Of a stretch of DNA of 64,000 nucleotides, positions 23,221 through 33,139 are shown in pieces. The notes under the pieces are model-generated. The model did not search any database, was not told the origin of the DNA, and saw only the letters and a program-made list of their open reading frames with translations. The DNA is taken from NCBI GenBank assembly GCA_964620755.1, contig CAZUHH010000003.1:2944-66943 (forward strand). Direction: 5' to 3'. Positions within the stretch are counted from its first letter, which is position 1. The number at the start of each line of letters is the position of its first letter. The position numbers and the translations under genes are program-made. Source of the DNA: an uncultured Bacteroides sp. GTDB lineage: Bacteria > Bacteroidota > Bacteroidia > G022818785.

Positions 23221-23243
23221 GATATTATAATATCCTGTTTTTT
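23221..23243 (+). terminator. Candidate intrinsic terminator or leader hairpin: perfect 14-bp palindrome plus T-run
   Basis: GATATTATAATATC (23221-23234) followed by CTGTTTTTT. Lies between tsaE and rpsA. The stem is almost entirely A/T, so it is weak. Confidence 0.25.
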
Positions 23244-23271
23244 AAAAATTAAAAATAAATATATAAATTTA

Positions 23272-25002
23272 ATGCGTAAAAACACTAAAGTAACTGATAC
23301 TCATGAAATTTCTGAAAATATGTTAGAATTACAGCATGAATATATTAAAACAATACCTAATATAAAAAACAATGATATTATCAATGGAACTGTTGTTAAT
23401 ATAACAAAAAAAGATGTTGTGGTAAATATAGGATTTAAATCTGAAGGATTTATACCTATATCTGAATTAAAATCTTTACCTAATATTAAAATTGGTGACG
23501 AAATAAGTGTTTATATTGAAAATAGAGAAGATAGCAACGGCTATTTAATTATTTCTTATAAAAGGGCAATTATTCAAAAGGCTTGGGATGATATTAATAA
23601 TGCATTTAAAAATGGTGATATTTTAAAAGGTTTTGTAAAAAATAGAACTAAAGGTGGTTTAATAGTTGATATTAATGGAATAGAAGCATTTTTGCCTGGA
23701 TCACAAATAGATGTTAAACCTATTAAAGATTATGATCAATATGTTAATAAAGATATAGAATTAAAAGTTATAAAAATTAATTATGATTTTAAAAATGTTG
23801 TTGTTTCTCATAAAATATTGATAGAAAAATTTTTAGAAAAACAAAAAATTAATATAATTTCTAAGTTAGAAAAAGGTCAAATATTAGAAGGAACTATAAA
23901 AAATATTACTGATTTTGGAGCTTTTATAGACTTAGGAGGAATAGATGGATTATTGCATATTACTGATATTTCATGGGGTAGAATTGGTCATCCTAAAGAT
24001 ATGCTTACAATAGATCAAAAAATTAATGTTGTGGTATTAGAATTTGATCAAGATAAAAAAAGAATATCTTTAGGATTAAAACAGTTAACATCTCATCCAT
24101 GGGATACATTAGATGTAAATTTAACTACTAATTCAAAAGTTAGAGGTAAAATAGTTACTATCGCTGATTATGGTATTTTTATAGAAATTATACCCGGTGT
24201 TGAAGGATTGATTCATATTTCAGAAATGTCATGGTCGCAAAGAACAAAAAAACCACAAGATTTTTTAAAATTAGGAGATTATGTAGATGCTGTAGTTCTT
24301 ACTATAGATAGAGAAAATCATAAAATGTCTTTAGGTATAAAGCAATTAAAAAATAATCCTTGGAATGATATTGCAAAAAAATATCCTGTAGGTAGCAAAC
24401 ATACAGGTATAGTAAGTAATATTACAAGTTTTGGTGTATTTGTTGAATTAGAAGAAGGATTAGATGGTTTAGTGCATATATCTGAATTATCATGGTTAAA
24501 AAAAATCAATCATCCAAATGAATTTACAAAACTAGGAGATAAAATGGATGTTATTATACTAGAATCTAGTGAATATGATAAAAAACTAAGTTTAGGACAT
24601 AAACAAATAGAAAGTAATCCATGGGATACATTAGAAAAATATTTTTCAATTAATAGCATTCACAAAGGTATTGTAATAAGAATAGATGATAAAGGAGGTT
24701 ATATATCAACTTCTTACGGTATAGAATGTTTTGTTCCATTAAAACACATGTTAAAAAAAGATGGAAAGATGTTGTCTTTAGAAGAAGATACATATTTTAA
24801 AGTTATAGAATTTAGTAAATTATCTAAACGTATTATTTTATCTCATGTTAAAATATGGCAAAGTGATAATAATATAGAAAAAGAAAATAAATTATCTTCT
24901 AATAATAGAAATAAAAGTAAAACACTTGATAATAGAACTACATTAGGAGAATTAGAAATATTAGCTAATTTAAAAAAAGAAATGGATAAAGTAATTAGTT
25001 AG
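23272..25002 (+). CDS. rpsA: 30S ribosomal protein S1
   Basis: 576 aa with six S1 repeats. Confidence 0.9.
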   Translation: MRKNTKVTDTHEISENMLELQHEYIKTIPNIKNNDIINGTVVNITKKDVVVNIGFKSEGFIPISELKSLPNIKIGDEISVYIENREDSNGYLIISYKRAIIQKAWDDINNAFKNGDILKGFVKNRTKGGLIVDINGIEAFLPGSQIDVKPIKDYDQYVNKDIELKVIKINYDFKNVVVSHKILIEKFLEKQKINIISKLEKGQILEGTIKNITDFGAFIDLGGIDGLLHITDISWGRIGHPKDMLTIDQKINVVVLEFDQDKKRISLGLKQLTSHPWDTLDVNLTTNSKVRGKIVTIADYGIFIEIIPGVEGLIHISEMSWSQRTKKPQDFLKLGDYVDAVVLTIDRENHKMSLGIKQLKNNPWNDIAKKYPVGSKHTGIVSNITSFGVFVELEEGLDGLVHISELSWLKKINHPNEFTKLGDKMDVIILESSEYDKKLSLGHKQIESNPWDTLEKYFSINSIHKGIVIRIDDKGGYISTSYGIECFVPLKHMLKKDGKMLSLEEDTYFKVIEFSKLSKRIILSHVKIWQSDNNIEKENKLSSNNRNKSKTLDNRTTLGELEILANLKKEMDKVIS

Positions 25003-25354
25003 ATATAACTTTTTTGATAAAAAAATTTTTAATGATAATTATAATTATTAATATTATTATTAAGTAGTGTATTTTATTAAAAAAAAAGTTTTTTATATAA
25101 AAATATGATATATTACTATTTATACCGCTAACGTATTTAAGTATTGTCATGCTTTTATTATATCTATGAATTATAGGAAATATAAAAAATAATAATAATG
25201 TATTTATAAATAACAATGTATACATATTTATTATTTCTATTTTAGAATATAAATATATTCCTGACATAAATAATGTCATTATCATAAAATATGAAGATAT
25301 TCCAAAGTTATTGTATATTATAATATATGATATCCATGAGCCTATATATCCCAT
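24995..25354 (-). CDS. Hypothetical small multi-pass membrane protein; start uncertain
   Basis: The track ORF 24995..25735 reads through tRNA-Ser. The first ATG downstream of the tRNA is at 25354. The product is I/L/F/Y-rich with 3-4 predicted TM segments. It could be a remnant. Confidence 0.2.
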   Translation of the reverse strand: MGYIGSWISYIIIYNNFGISSYFMIMTLFMSGIYLYSKIEIINMYTLLFINTLLLFFIFPIIHRYNKSMTILKYVSGINSNISYFYIKNFFFNKIHYLIIILIIIIIIKNFFIKKVISN

Positions 25355-25550
25355 CAAATTATCAACTTTAATATTATTATTGTTGTAATATAATAAAATT
25401 ATATCTTGCAATGATTTATCATATATAAAAACTTGATCATTTTTCCATGTTGTAATATAAGATAAACAAGAAATTAATATTATTAAAGACAATAATATCA
25501 ATATTACACCAATTATCTTATTTATAATAATATTAATAATTATTTTTAAA

Positions 25551-25637
25551 CGGAAAGAAAGGGATTCGAACCCTTGTATACTATTATAGTACAAACGCTT
25601 TCCAGGCGCTCCCATTAAACCACTCTGGCATCTTTCC
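25551..25637 (-). tRNA. tRNA-Ser (anticodon GGA), long variable arm
   Basis: Reverse complement GGAAAGATGCCAGAGTGG...AGCGC-CTGGAAA-GCGTT...AGGGTTCGAATCCCT-TCTTTCC-G. Perfect acceptor stem, T arm and a long variable arm. Confidence 0.8.
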
Positions 25638-25686
25638 TTTATATATAATTTCATATTTACTATATTGTAATATTGTTTTATAAAAA

Positions 25687-26679
25687 ATGCGCTATAATAT
25701 ATATATGATTTTACTATCTGATTTACAAAAAACAATACACAAGGAATTAAAATATTTTGATTTTTATTTAAAAAAAAACTTTAAAAGTTCAATACCTTTA
25801 TTAAATAATATTAATAAATATATATATAACAACAAAGGTAAACAAATAAGACCAATATTAATATTTTTATCGGCTCTTTTAACAGGTAAAATAACTAAAG
25901 AAACTCATTTGTCTGCTTTATTAATAGAATTATTACATACAGCCACATTAATACATGATGATGTAATTGATAATTCATATGAAAGAAGAGGGAATTTTTC
26001 TATAAATGCTTTATGGAATAATAAAATATCAATTTTAGTGGGTGATTATTTATTTTCCAAAGTACTATCTTTATTAATTAAAAATAATAATATGAAGTTA
26101 TTATCAGTATTTATGAATGTAGTAAAAAAAATGAGTGAAGGAGAATTGATGCAAGCTGAAAAAACTAGATTACTTGATATTGATGAAAAAACATATTTAG
26201 AAATTATTAATAATAAAACAGCTTCATTTATTGAAACATGTTGTATAATTGGCGCTATTAGTAGTAATAATACTATTAAACAACAAGATATTGATAATAT
26301 TAGTTTATTTGGAAAAAATATAGGTATGGCATTTCAAATACAAGACGATATATTTGATTATAATAATTTAAAAACAGGAAAAACATTGTATGGAGATATT
26401 AAACAGAAAAAAATAACACTTCCATTAATATATGCATTAAATAATACTAATATTTTCAAAAAAAATTATATAATACATATTATCAATACTATAGATAGTA
26501 TTGATTCTGTTAATAAAATCGTAAATTTTGTAATAAAAAATAAAGGTATAGAATATTCTAAGTCAGTTTTTGATCAATATATTGAAAAGGCTATTAAATT
26601 TTTATATAGATTTCCTTCATCTAACAATAGACAAAAACTGGAAAATTTCATTACTTACATTGTAAATCGTCAAAATTAG
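25687..26679 (+). CDS. ispB: All-trans polyprenyl (octaprenyl) diphosphate synthase
   Basis: 330 aa; first and second Asp-rich motifs LIHDDVIDNS and FQIQDDIFDY. Confidence 0.85.
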   Translation: MRYNIYMILLSDLQKTIHKELKYFDFYLKKNFKSSIPLLNNINKYIYNNKGKQIRPILIFLSALLTGKITKETHLSALLIELLHTATLIHDDVIDNSYERRGNFSINALWNNKISILVGDYLFSKVLSLLIKNNNMKLLSVFMNVVKKMSEGELMQAEKTRLLDIDEKTYLEIINNKTASFIETCCIIGAISSNNTIKQQDIDNISLFGKNIGMAFQIQDDIFDYNNLKTGKTLYGDIKQKKITLPLIYALNNTNIFKKNYIIHIINTIDSIDSVNKIVNFVIKNKGIEYSKSVFDQYIEKAIKFLYRFPSSNNRQKLENFITYIVNRQN

Positions 26680-26689
26680 TTTTTTAATA

Positions 26690-27574
26690 TTAAAATATTT
26701 TCTTTTTAATCATACCTCCATGAGCATCATCAACTTTATGTATTATAACAAATGCTTTATCATCAATTTCATTTATTAAAGATTTTAATCTTGATATTTC
26801 TAATCTTGTTATAATAGTAAAAAGAATAGATATACTAGGATCCTCATACATATCATTATTAAATCCTCTTTCGCCTTTATATATAGTTATACCTCTTCCC
26901 ATAGTTTGAGTTATAGCATTTTTTATTTGAGTATATTTAATAGATATTATTGTAACTCCTATATATTCTTCTATACCATGTATAATAAAATCAATTGTTT
27001 TAGCAGCTGACAAATAAGTTAAAATTGAATATAATGCTTTTTCTAAACCTAATACTAAAGCTGCTACTGAAAAGATGGTTATATTAATTAATAATATTAT
27101 ATCTCCTATACTAAAAGATGATTTTCTACTTATATAAATAGCTAATATTTCAGTGCCGTCAATAACACATCCTCCTCTAATTGCTAAACCTATACCTGAT
27201 CCTAAAAAAAAACCTCCAAATACAGATATTAAAAGTTTATCATTAGTTACAATTGGAAATCTTATATAGTGAATTATTAAAGCTAATAATAAAATTGCAA
27301 TAAAAGTTTTTATAGAAAAAAAAACATTTATCTGTTTATATCCCATTATAATAAATGGAATATTTATAAAAAATATTAGTATTGGAACATTTATTCCTAT
27401 CAATTTACTTGTTAATAAAGATATTCCAGTAACTCCACCATCTATAAAATCATTAGGGATTAAAAATCCTTTTAATCCTAATCCAGCTGAAAAAACTCCT
27501 AAAATAATAAGAATAATACTTAATGTAATATTTCTAATTTCTATCCTTTTAATCATAACTGATGTTTTATACAT
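26690..27574 (-). CDS. YitT-family (DUF161/DUF2179) membrane protein
   Basis: 294 aa, 5-6 TM N-terminal region plus a C-terminal DUF2179-like domain. Confidence 0.6.
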   Translation of the reverse strand: MYKTSVMIKRIEIRNITLSIILIILGVFSAGLGLKGFLIPNDFIDGGVTGISLLTSKLIGINVPILIFFINIPFIIMGYKQINVFFSIKTFIAILLLALIIHYIRFPIVTNDKLLISVFGGFFLGSGIGLAIRGGCVIDGTEILAIYISRKSSFSIGDIILLINITIFSVAALVLGLEKALYSILTYLSAAKTIDFIIHGIEEYIGVTIISIKYTQIKNAITQTMGRGITIYKGERGFNNDMYEDPSISILFTIITRLEISRLKSLINEIDDKAFVIIHKVDDAHGGMIKKKIF

Positions 27575-27663
27575 ATCAAATAAATATATTATAGTATTAA
27601 TATCAATGTTGTTTTATAAAAATATTTTATATAATTTATATTCCAATTTTTATATTAAGTGTT

Positions 27664-28470
27664 TTATATTTTTATTTTACCATTAAAAATAAAATTTGGA
27701 ATACTAGATATATATATATTTTTATATATATATATATCATTTTTTTTTATAAAATCAAATGTTATAGTTATTTTTCCTCCCTTATTAAAAATATTATATT
27801 TACAATTTAATGTAGTTGTATTATTATATTTAATATTTGCCATTATAGCAACAGCTAAACTTCCAGTACCACAAGCATATGTAATATTTTCTACTCCACA
27901 TTCATATGTAATAACATAGTAATTAAAATTATCAATATGGCTATAAAAATTTATATTTATTGGTTTTCCTTTAAAATTTTTGCTATTTCTAATAGCAATA
28001 GCTTTATTGTATATATCAATATTATTTAAATTGTCTAAATATTCAATATAATGATTAGCTCCTGTATTAATAATGCAATTATTATTATTTAATAATTGTG
28101 AATGATTAATTTCAATATTATTCATCTTTAAATATATAATATTATCAATTATTTTAGCATAATGTATTCCATCATATGCAACAAATATAGTTTCATTACC
28201 TATAATATTCATATATTTAGCAAATAAAATGCTACATATTGAACCATTACCACACATAGGACCTAATTTACCATTAGCATTATAATAAATAATTTCAAAA
28301 TTATATTTTTTACTTTTTGAAAATAAAATTATACCATCAGATCCAATCCCATATCGTCTATGACATAACAATTTAAATGTATTTAAATCATACATAATAT
28401 CATTGCATCTATTATCAAAAATAATAAAATCGTTACCAGCATTATGATATTTCCAAAAATTTAAAATCAT
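27664..28470 (-). CDS. dapF: Diaminopimelate epimerase
   Basis: Catalytic Cys motifs PMCGNGSIC and YACGTGSLA. The likely true start is MILNFWKYHNAGNDFIIF at 28470; the track ORF start at 28566 gives a 32-aa non-conserved extension. Confidence 0.85.
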   Translation of the reverse strand: MILNFWKYHNAGNDFIIFDNRCNDIMYDLNTFKLLCHRRYGIGSDGIILFSKSKKYNFEIIYYNANGKLGPMCGNGSICSILFAKYMNIIGNETIFVAYDGIHYAKIIDNIIYLKMNNIEINHSQLLNNNNCIINTGANHYIEYLDNLNNIDIYNKAIAIRNSKNFKGKPININFYSHIDNFNYYVITYECGVENITYACGTGSLAVAIMANIKYNNTTTLNCKYNIFNKGGKITITFDFIKKNDIYIYKNIYISSIPNFIFNGKIKI

Positions 28471-28560
28471 ATAGTTTTTTTTCTTAAATTGATAAAAATT
28501 AACATATAAATTAATGTAATCATTTAAATGATTACAAATAATTATAATATTGAATAAATT

Positions 28561-30093
28561 ATGCAATATAATTTTATTAAAAAATTATTTATATATTTTT
28601 TAATTATATTAATTAGTATTTCATCATTACCGTATTTACATAGAATAATTAATACTTATGATAATAAATATTTAAATGATAATAATATTATTCCTGTAAA
28701 ACAGGATAATATTAATAATAATCAAATAAATCAGCATTTTAATAGTTATATAGATTTTACTAAAGCGGCTGCTTTAATTACTCCTTCAGTTGTATATATA
28801 GAAACAATTATTAATTTAGATGATAATAATAAAAATAATCATTGGAATTATAATTCTCCATTTGATGATTTTTTTGAAGAATTTTTTAATAAATCAAAAC
28901 CATTATATCCTAAACAAAAAAAAGAACAAAGATCAGGTGGCTCTGGAGTTATTATTTCACCAGATGGTTATATAATAACTAATAATCATGTTATTAGTAA
29001 TGCTTATAAAATTATTGTTACTTTAGATAATAAACAATCATATGAAGGAGAAGTAGTAGGTATTGATTCTAGTACAGACTTAGCATTATTAAAAATAGAT
29101 ACAGATAATTTACCTTATGTAAATTATGGTAATTCTGATAATATAAAGATAGGAGAATGGGTGTTAGCTATTGGAAATCCATTTAATTTAAGATCTACAG
29201 TTACAGCAGGTATTGTTAGTGCTAAAGCACGAAGTCTTGGAATTTTAATGGCTTCTAAAGATAGAACTTCTGCCATTGAGTCATTTATACAAACTGATGC
29301 TGCAATTAATTCTGGTAATAGTGGAGGTGCTCTAGTAAATATATATGGTGAATTAATTGGTATAAATACAGCTATTGTAACTAAAACAGGAACTTATGAA
29401 GGATATGGATTTGCTGTGCCAGTTAATATAGTTAAAAAAGTAGTTAATGATTTATTAAAATATGGCATAGTTCAAAGAGGATTTATAGGTATAAAATTTA
29501 TTGAAATAAATGATGAATTTGCTAGAAAAAAAAAAATATCAAATATAAGAGGATTATATATTGATGAAGTTATTTTAGAAAGTGGAGCTTATGAAGCTGG
29601 TATTTTATCTGGTGATATAATAACACATTTTGATGATATAGAAGTAAATACTACAGGTCAATTGATGTCTTTAGTATCAATAAAACATCCAGGTGACAAT
29701 ATATCAATAACATTATTAAGAAATAATAAAACAATAATTGTTAATGTTATTATTAAAAATTCTGATAATATTGCTAAAATAGAAAAGTTACCTGAAAGAT
29801 TTAAATTAATTGGTATTAGTATACGTGCATTGACTAGTGAAGAAAAACAGATATATAGAACTTCTAATGGTGTTGTGGTATTATCTATAACTGATAATAG
29901 TCCACTTAATAGATTTACACAAATAACTAAAGGTTTTATAATTATTGAAGTAAATAATAGCAAGATTAATGATAATGTATCTTTTTTAAAGGCATTAAAT
30001 AATAATAATGGACAATATCATTTGATTAAAGGATTTTATCCAGATCAACCTGGATTATATACTTTTTCATTTCCTTTATTAAATAATGAATAA
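28561..30093 (+). CDS. htrA: Periplasmic serine endoprotease of the DegP/HtrA family with two PDZ domains
   Basis: 510 aa; signal peptide; catalytic triad context ...HVIS..., D..LLK, GNSGGALVN. Confidence 0.9.
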   Translation: MQYNFIKKLFIYFLIILISISSLPYLHRIINTYDNKYLNDNNIIPVKQDNINNNQINQHFNSYIDFTKAAALITPSVVYIETIINLDDNNKNNHWNYNSPFDDFFEEFFNKSKPLYPKQKKEQRSGGSGVIISPDGYIITNNHVISNAYKIIVTLDNKQSYEGEVVGIDSSTDLALLKIDTDNLPYVNYGNSDNIKIGEWVLAIGNPFNLRSTVTAGIVSAKARSLGILMASKDRTSAIESFIQTDAAINSGNSGGALVNIYGELIGINTAIVTKTGTYEGYGFAVPVNIVKKVVNDLLKYGIVQRGFIGIKFIEINDEFARKKKISNIRGLYIDEVILESGAYEAGILSGDIITHFDDIEVNTTGQLMSLVSIKHPGDNISITLLRNNKTIIVNVIIKNSDNIAKIEKLPERFKLIGISIRALTSEEKQIYRTSNGVVVLSITDNSPLNRFTQITKGFIIIEVNNSKINDNVSFLKALNNNNGQYHLIKGFYPDQPGLYTFSFPLLNNE

Positions 30094-30146
30094 TTTTTTA
30101 AAAAAATAATTATTTATTATCAATAATTATTATTATAATAAATATT

Positions 30147-30986
30147 ATGTTAGTAAGTAAAATAGCTATCCAAGGTGATGATACTTCTTTTCATGCAGAT
30201 GCTGCATATAAATATTTTATAAAAAATAATATTGTTCTTATAAAATGTATATCTTTCAATGATGTTTTTAAATCATTACAAAGCGATAAAGCAGATTATG
30301 GCATTATTGCTATAGAAAATTCTATTGCTGGAGCGATAACACATAATTATAATTTATTAAGTCAATATCAATGTTATATAATTGGAGAAATATATATACT
30401 AATTAATTTATATCTTTTATCATTATATGATACTAAAATTAATAATATAGAATATGTACAGTCTCATGATATGGCAATTAAGCAATGTGAATTATTTTTA
30501 AATCAATATCCTTTTATAAAAAAGATTAGCAAAAGTGATACATCTAGTTGTGCAAAAGAAATATTTGATAAAAAATTAATTAATATAGCAGCTATTGCTA
30601 ATTATCAAACTGCTTTGAAATATAAATTACATATATTATCATCTAATATTCAAAGCAATAAAAATAATTATACTAGATTTTTAATTATTAGTAAAAAAAA
30701 ATATACTAATAATAATAATAATAAGAGTTCTATTGTATTTACTATAAAAAATCAAACAAAATGTTTATTTAAAATAATATCTATTTTAGAATATAATAAT
30801 ATTAAGATTGATTATTTACAGTTAATGCCTAAAGTAGGCTTTTTACATAAATATCAATTTTATATAGACTTATCTTATGAAAATTATAATTCATATTTAA
30901 GTGCTATTAATAAAATAAAATATCATGTAGATAATATATCCATATTAGGTGAATATATTAAATTTAAAATTAAAAAAAACAATTAA
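30147..30986 (+). CDS. pheA: Prephenate dehydratase with C-terminal ACT domain
   Basis: 279 aa; PDT domain (IAIQG...TSFHADAA; TRF) plus regulatory ACT domain. Confidence 0.8.
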   Translation: MLVSKIAIQGDDTSFHADAAYKYFIKNNIVLIKCISFNDVFKSLQSDKADYGIIAIENSIAGAITHNYNLLSQYQCYIIGEIYILINLYLLSLYDTKINNIEYVQSHDMAIKQCELFLNQYPFIKKISKSDTSSCAKEIFDKKLINIAAIANYQTALKYKLHILSSNIQSNKNNYTRFLIISKKKYTNNNNNKSSIVFTIKNQTKCLFKIISILEYNNIKIDYLQLMPKVGFLHKYQFYIDLSYENYNSYLSAINKIKYHVDNISILGEYIKFKIKKNN

Positions 30987-31001
30987 AAACATAATAGTAT
31001 T

Positions 31002-32075
31002 ATGAACAATAATTTCATTCCTATATCAAATTGGTTTCCTTTTTTTAAGCATAAATTATTAATTATTGCAGGTCCTTGTAGTATTGAAACAAAGGCTCAG
31101 ACTATAGATATAGCACAAAAACTAAAAGATATAAATAAAATTGATATATTTAGGGCTGGTATATGGAAGCCTAGAACACGTCCTGGGCAATTTGAAGGTA
31201 TTGGCGTTAAAGGACTTCAATGGTTAGATAATGTAAAAAAAATAACAAATTTGCCAATTGCTGTTGAAGTTGCTAATACAAATCATATAGAAGAAGTATT
31301 AAAGCATAATATAGATATCATATGGATAGGAGCACGAACTACTACTAATCCATTTTCAGTACAAGAATTGGCTAATGCTCTTAAAGGAGTAGATATTCCA
31401 GTAATGATTAAAAATCCTGTTAATCCTGATTTAGATTTATGGATAGGAGCTATTGAAAGAATAAGTAAGTCAGGTATTAATAAAATTGCTGCTATACATC
31501 GTGGATTTACATCATATAATAAAAGCCCTTTTAGAAATGAACCTTTATTTGAAATAGTCGAATCATTAAAAAATAAATTACCAAATTTACCTATTATATG
31601 TGATCCTAGTCATATATCAGGAAATAGAGAACTTATATCTTTAATATCACAAAAAGCTATTGATATGAAAGTAAATGGATTAATGATTGAATGTCATTCA
31701 GATCCTGACAATGCATATACTGATTCTAAACAGCAAATTACACCTGATATGCTAAATAATATTCTTAATTCTATTGATCCTTATAATAATGAAAATAATG
31801 ACATCAATGATTTAAGAAATAAAATTAATAATATTGATTATAATTTATTACAACAATTAGCTAAAAGAATGGAAATAGTAAAAAAAATAGGTCAATATAA
31901 GCACGTTAATAAAATAAAAACAGAACAATTAGATTATTGGAATAAAATGTTGAATAAAAAATTAGAATATTCTAATTTTTTAGATTTAAATAAAGATTTT
32001 ATACATCAAATATTACAATTAATTCATAAAAAAAGTATTGATATTCAAAATAAAATAAATTCTCTTGTAGAATAA
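31002..32075 (+). CDS. aroG: Bifunctional 3-deoxy-7-phosphoheptulonate (DAHP) synthase type I-beta / chorismate mutase
   Basis: 357 aa; KDO8PS-like DAHPS core (IIAGPCSIE, ...DPSH...) with a C-terminal AroQ chorismate mutase domain (LRNKINNIDYNLLQQLAKRMEIVKKIG). Confidence 0.8.
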   Translation: MNNNFIPISNWFPFFKHKLLIIAGPCSIETKAQTIDIAQKLKDINKIDIFRAGIWKPRTRPGQFEGIGVKGLQWLDNVKKITNLPIAVEVANTNHIEEVLKHNIDIIWIGARTTTNPFSVQELANALKGVDIPVMIKNPVNPDLDLWIGAIERISKSGINKIAAIHRGFTSYNKSPFRNEPLFEIVESLKNKLPNLPIICDPSHISGNRELISLISQKAIDMKVNGLMIECHSDPDNAYTDSKQQITPDMLNNILNSIDPYNNENNDINDLRNKINNIDYNLLQQLAKRMEIVKKIGQYKHVNKIKTEQLDYWNKMLNKKLEYSNFLDLNKDFIHQILQLIHKKSIDIQNKINSLVE

Positions 32076-32079
32076 TATT

Positions 32080-32355
32080 TTATTTACGTAAATTCAATTT
32101 TGTGATAATATCTTTATATCTCGAGTAGAACTTTTTAGATAAATATTTTAGATTAGATTTTCGTTTATTAACTAATTTTTGCATTGAAAGTTTAGTGTTA
32201 AAATCTTTAGGATTTTTAATTAAGTGTTTAGTTAAATGTTTTATTCTAAATGTTAGTAATGATATTTGAGATTCTGTGGAACCAGAGTTTTGTTTATTAT
32301 TATTAATGCTATATGTAGCAAAAATTTTTTCAGTTTCTTTCATATCTATATACAT
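32080..32355 (-). CDS. rpsO: 30S ribosomal protein S15
   Basis: 91 aa; GSTESQISLLTFRIKHLTKHL motif. Confidence 0.9.
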   Translation of the reverse strand: MYIDMKETEKIFATYSINNNKQNSGSTESQISLLTFRIKHLTKHLIKNPKDFNTKLSMQKLVNKRKSNLKYLSKKFYSRYKDIITKLNLRK

Positions 32356-32402
32356 AATATATAATATTTTATTAAAAAGATTAATTTTTACAAATATATA
32401 TA

Positions 32403-33113
32403 ATGTTTTTTAGTATAGACAATTTTTTTACAACAATATCACTATCAGTTAACGTTGATAGTGATATACAATATAGATCTCAATTTATTATTTTAAATAT
32501 TATAACATTTTTAATATATATTATATTTTTATATAAAAATTTAAAAAAAAATACAAAAAAAATTATTTACTCATTTATTTTTCTATCATCTAAAAAAATT
32601 GTACAAAGAAGAATATTATTTTCTTTTTATGAAAAAATATCTATATCAATAATATTTAATTTTACTATAAAATTATTATCATATATAATAATATCACCTT
32701 CAGATGTTATTATATTTAATAATAATTTTCATATTATGAATTATTTATTATATAGTACATCTTGTTATTATATTATTTTATATTTTTTATATAAAGTGTT
32801 AAAATATATTATTAAATATGATAATGATATAAAAATACTGTCTAATTATATAATTATATCAATGTTGGTATTTTCTTTTTATATATTATTATGGATGTTT
32901 ATTTTATCACTAAGTATTGATTTATCTATTAATAGTCTACTATATAATTCTATATATTTAATAATAACATTATTTATTATTCAATATATAAAAGGTTATT
33001 TAGATATTAATCTAAATATAAAAATTTATAAATTAATATCATTTTTATATTTTTGTTCTATAGAAATAATTGTTTTTTTACCCATTTATTTAAGTAATTT
33101 TTTATACTTTTAA
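32403..33113 (+). CDS. DUF4271-family integral membrane protein
   Basis: 236 aa, 6 TM. In Bacteroidota this family conservedly precedes the hemD-annotated gene. Confidence 0.5.
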   Translation: MFFSIDNFFTTISLSVNVDSDIQYRSQFIILNIITFLIYIIFLYKNLKKNTKKIIYSFIFLSSKKIVQRRILFSFYEKISISIIFNFTIKLLSYIIISPSDVIIFNNNFHIMNYLLYSTSCYYIILYFLYKVLKYIIKYDNDIKILSNYIIISMLVFSFYILLWMFILSLSIDLSINSLLYNSIYLIITLFIIQYIKGYLDINLNIKIYKLISFLYFCSIEIIVFLPIYLSNFLYF

Positions 33114-33139
33114 ATAATTATTTTAATATTAAATCAATA

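Noticed and set aside
27708-27738. (TA)n dinucleotide repeat blocks interrupted by T5-T9 runs, looking like a microsatellite or repeat element
   Set aside because: They lie within the 3' coding end of dapF (encoding DIYIYKNIYI). They are low-complexity consequences of AT bias rather than a distinct repeat element, although they are potentially slippage-prone.
28471-28566. 32-codon N-terminal extension of dapF reaching the htrA start
   Set aside because: The conserved DapF N-terminus (MILNFWKYHNAGNDFIIF) starts at 28470. The extension is non-conserved low-complexity sequence and is more likely the divergent promoter region.
30094-30146. Self-complementary AT palindromes (AATAATTATT) between htrA and pheA
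   Set aside because: A/T-only palindromes of this length are expected by chance at this base composition. No G/C-anchored stem or T-run is present.
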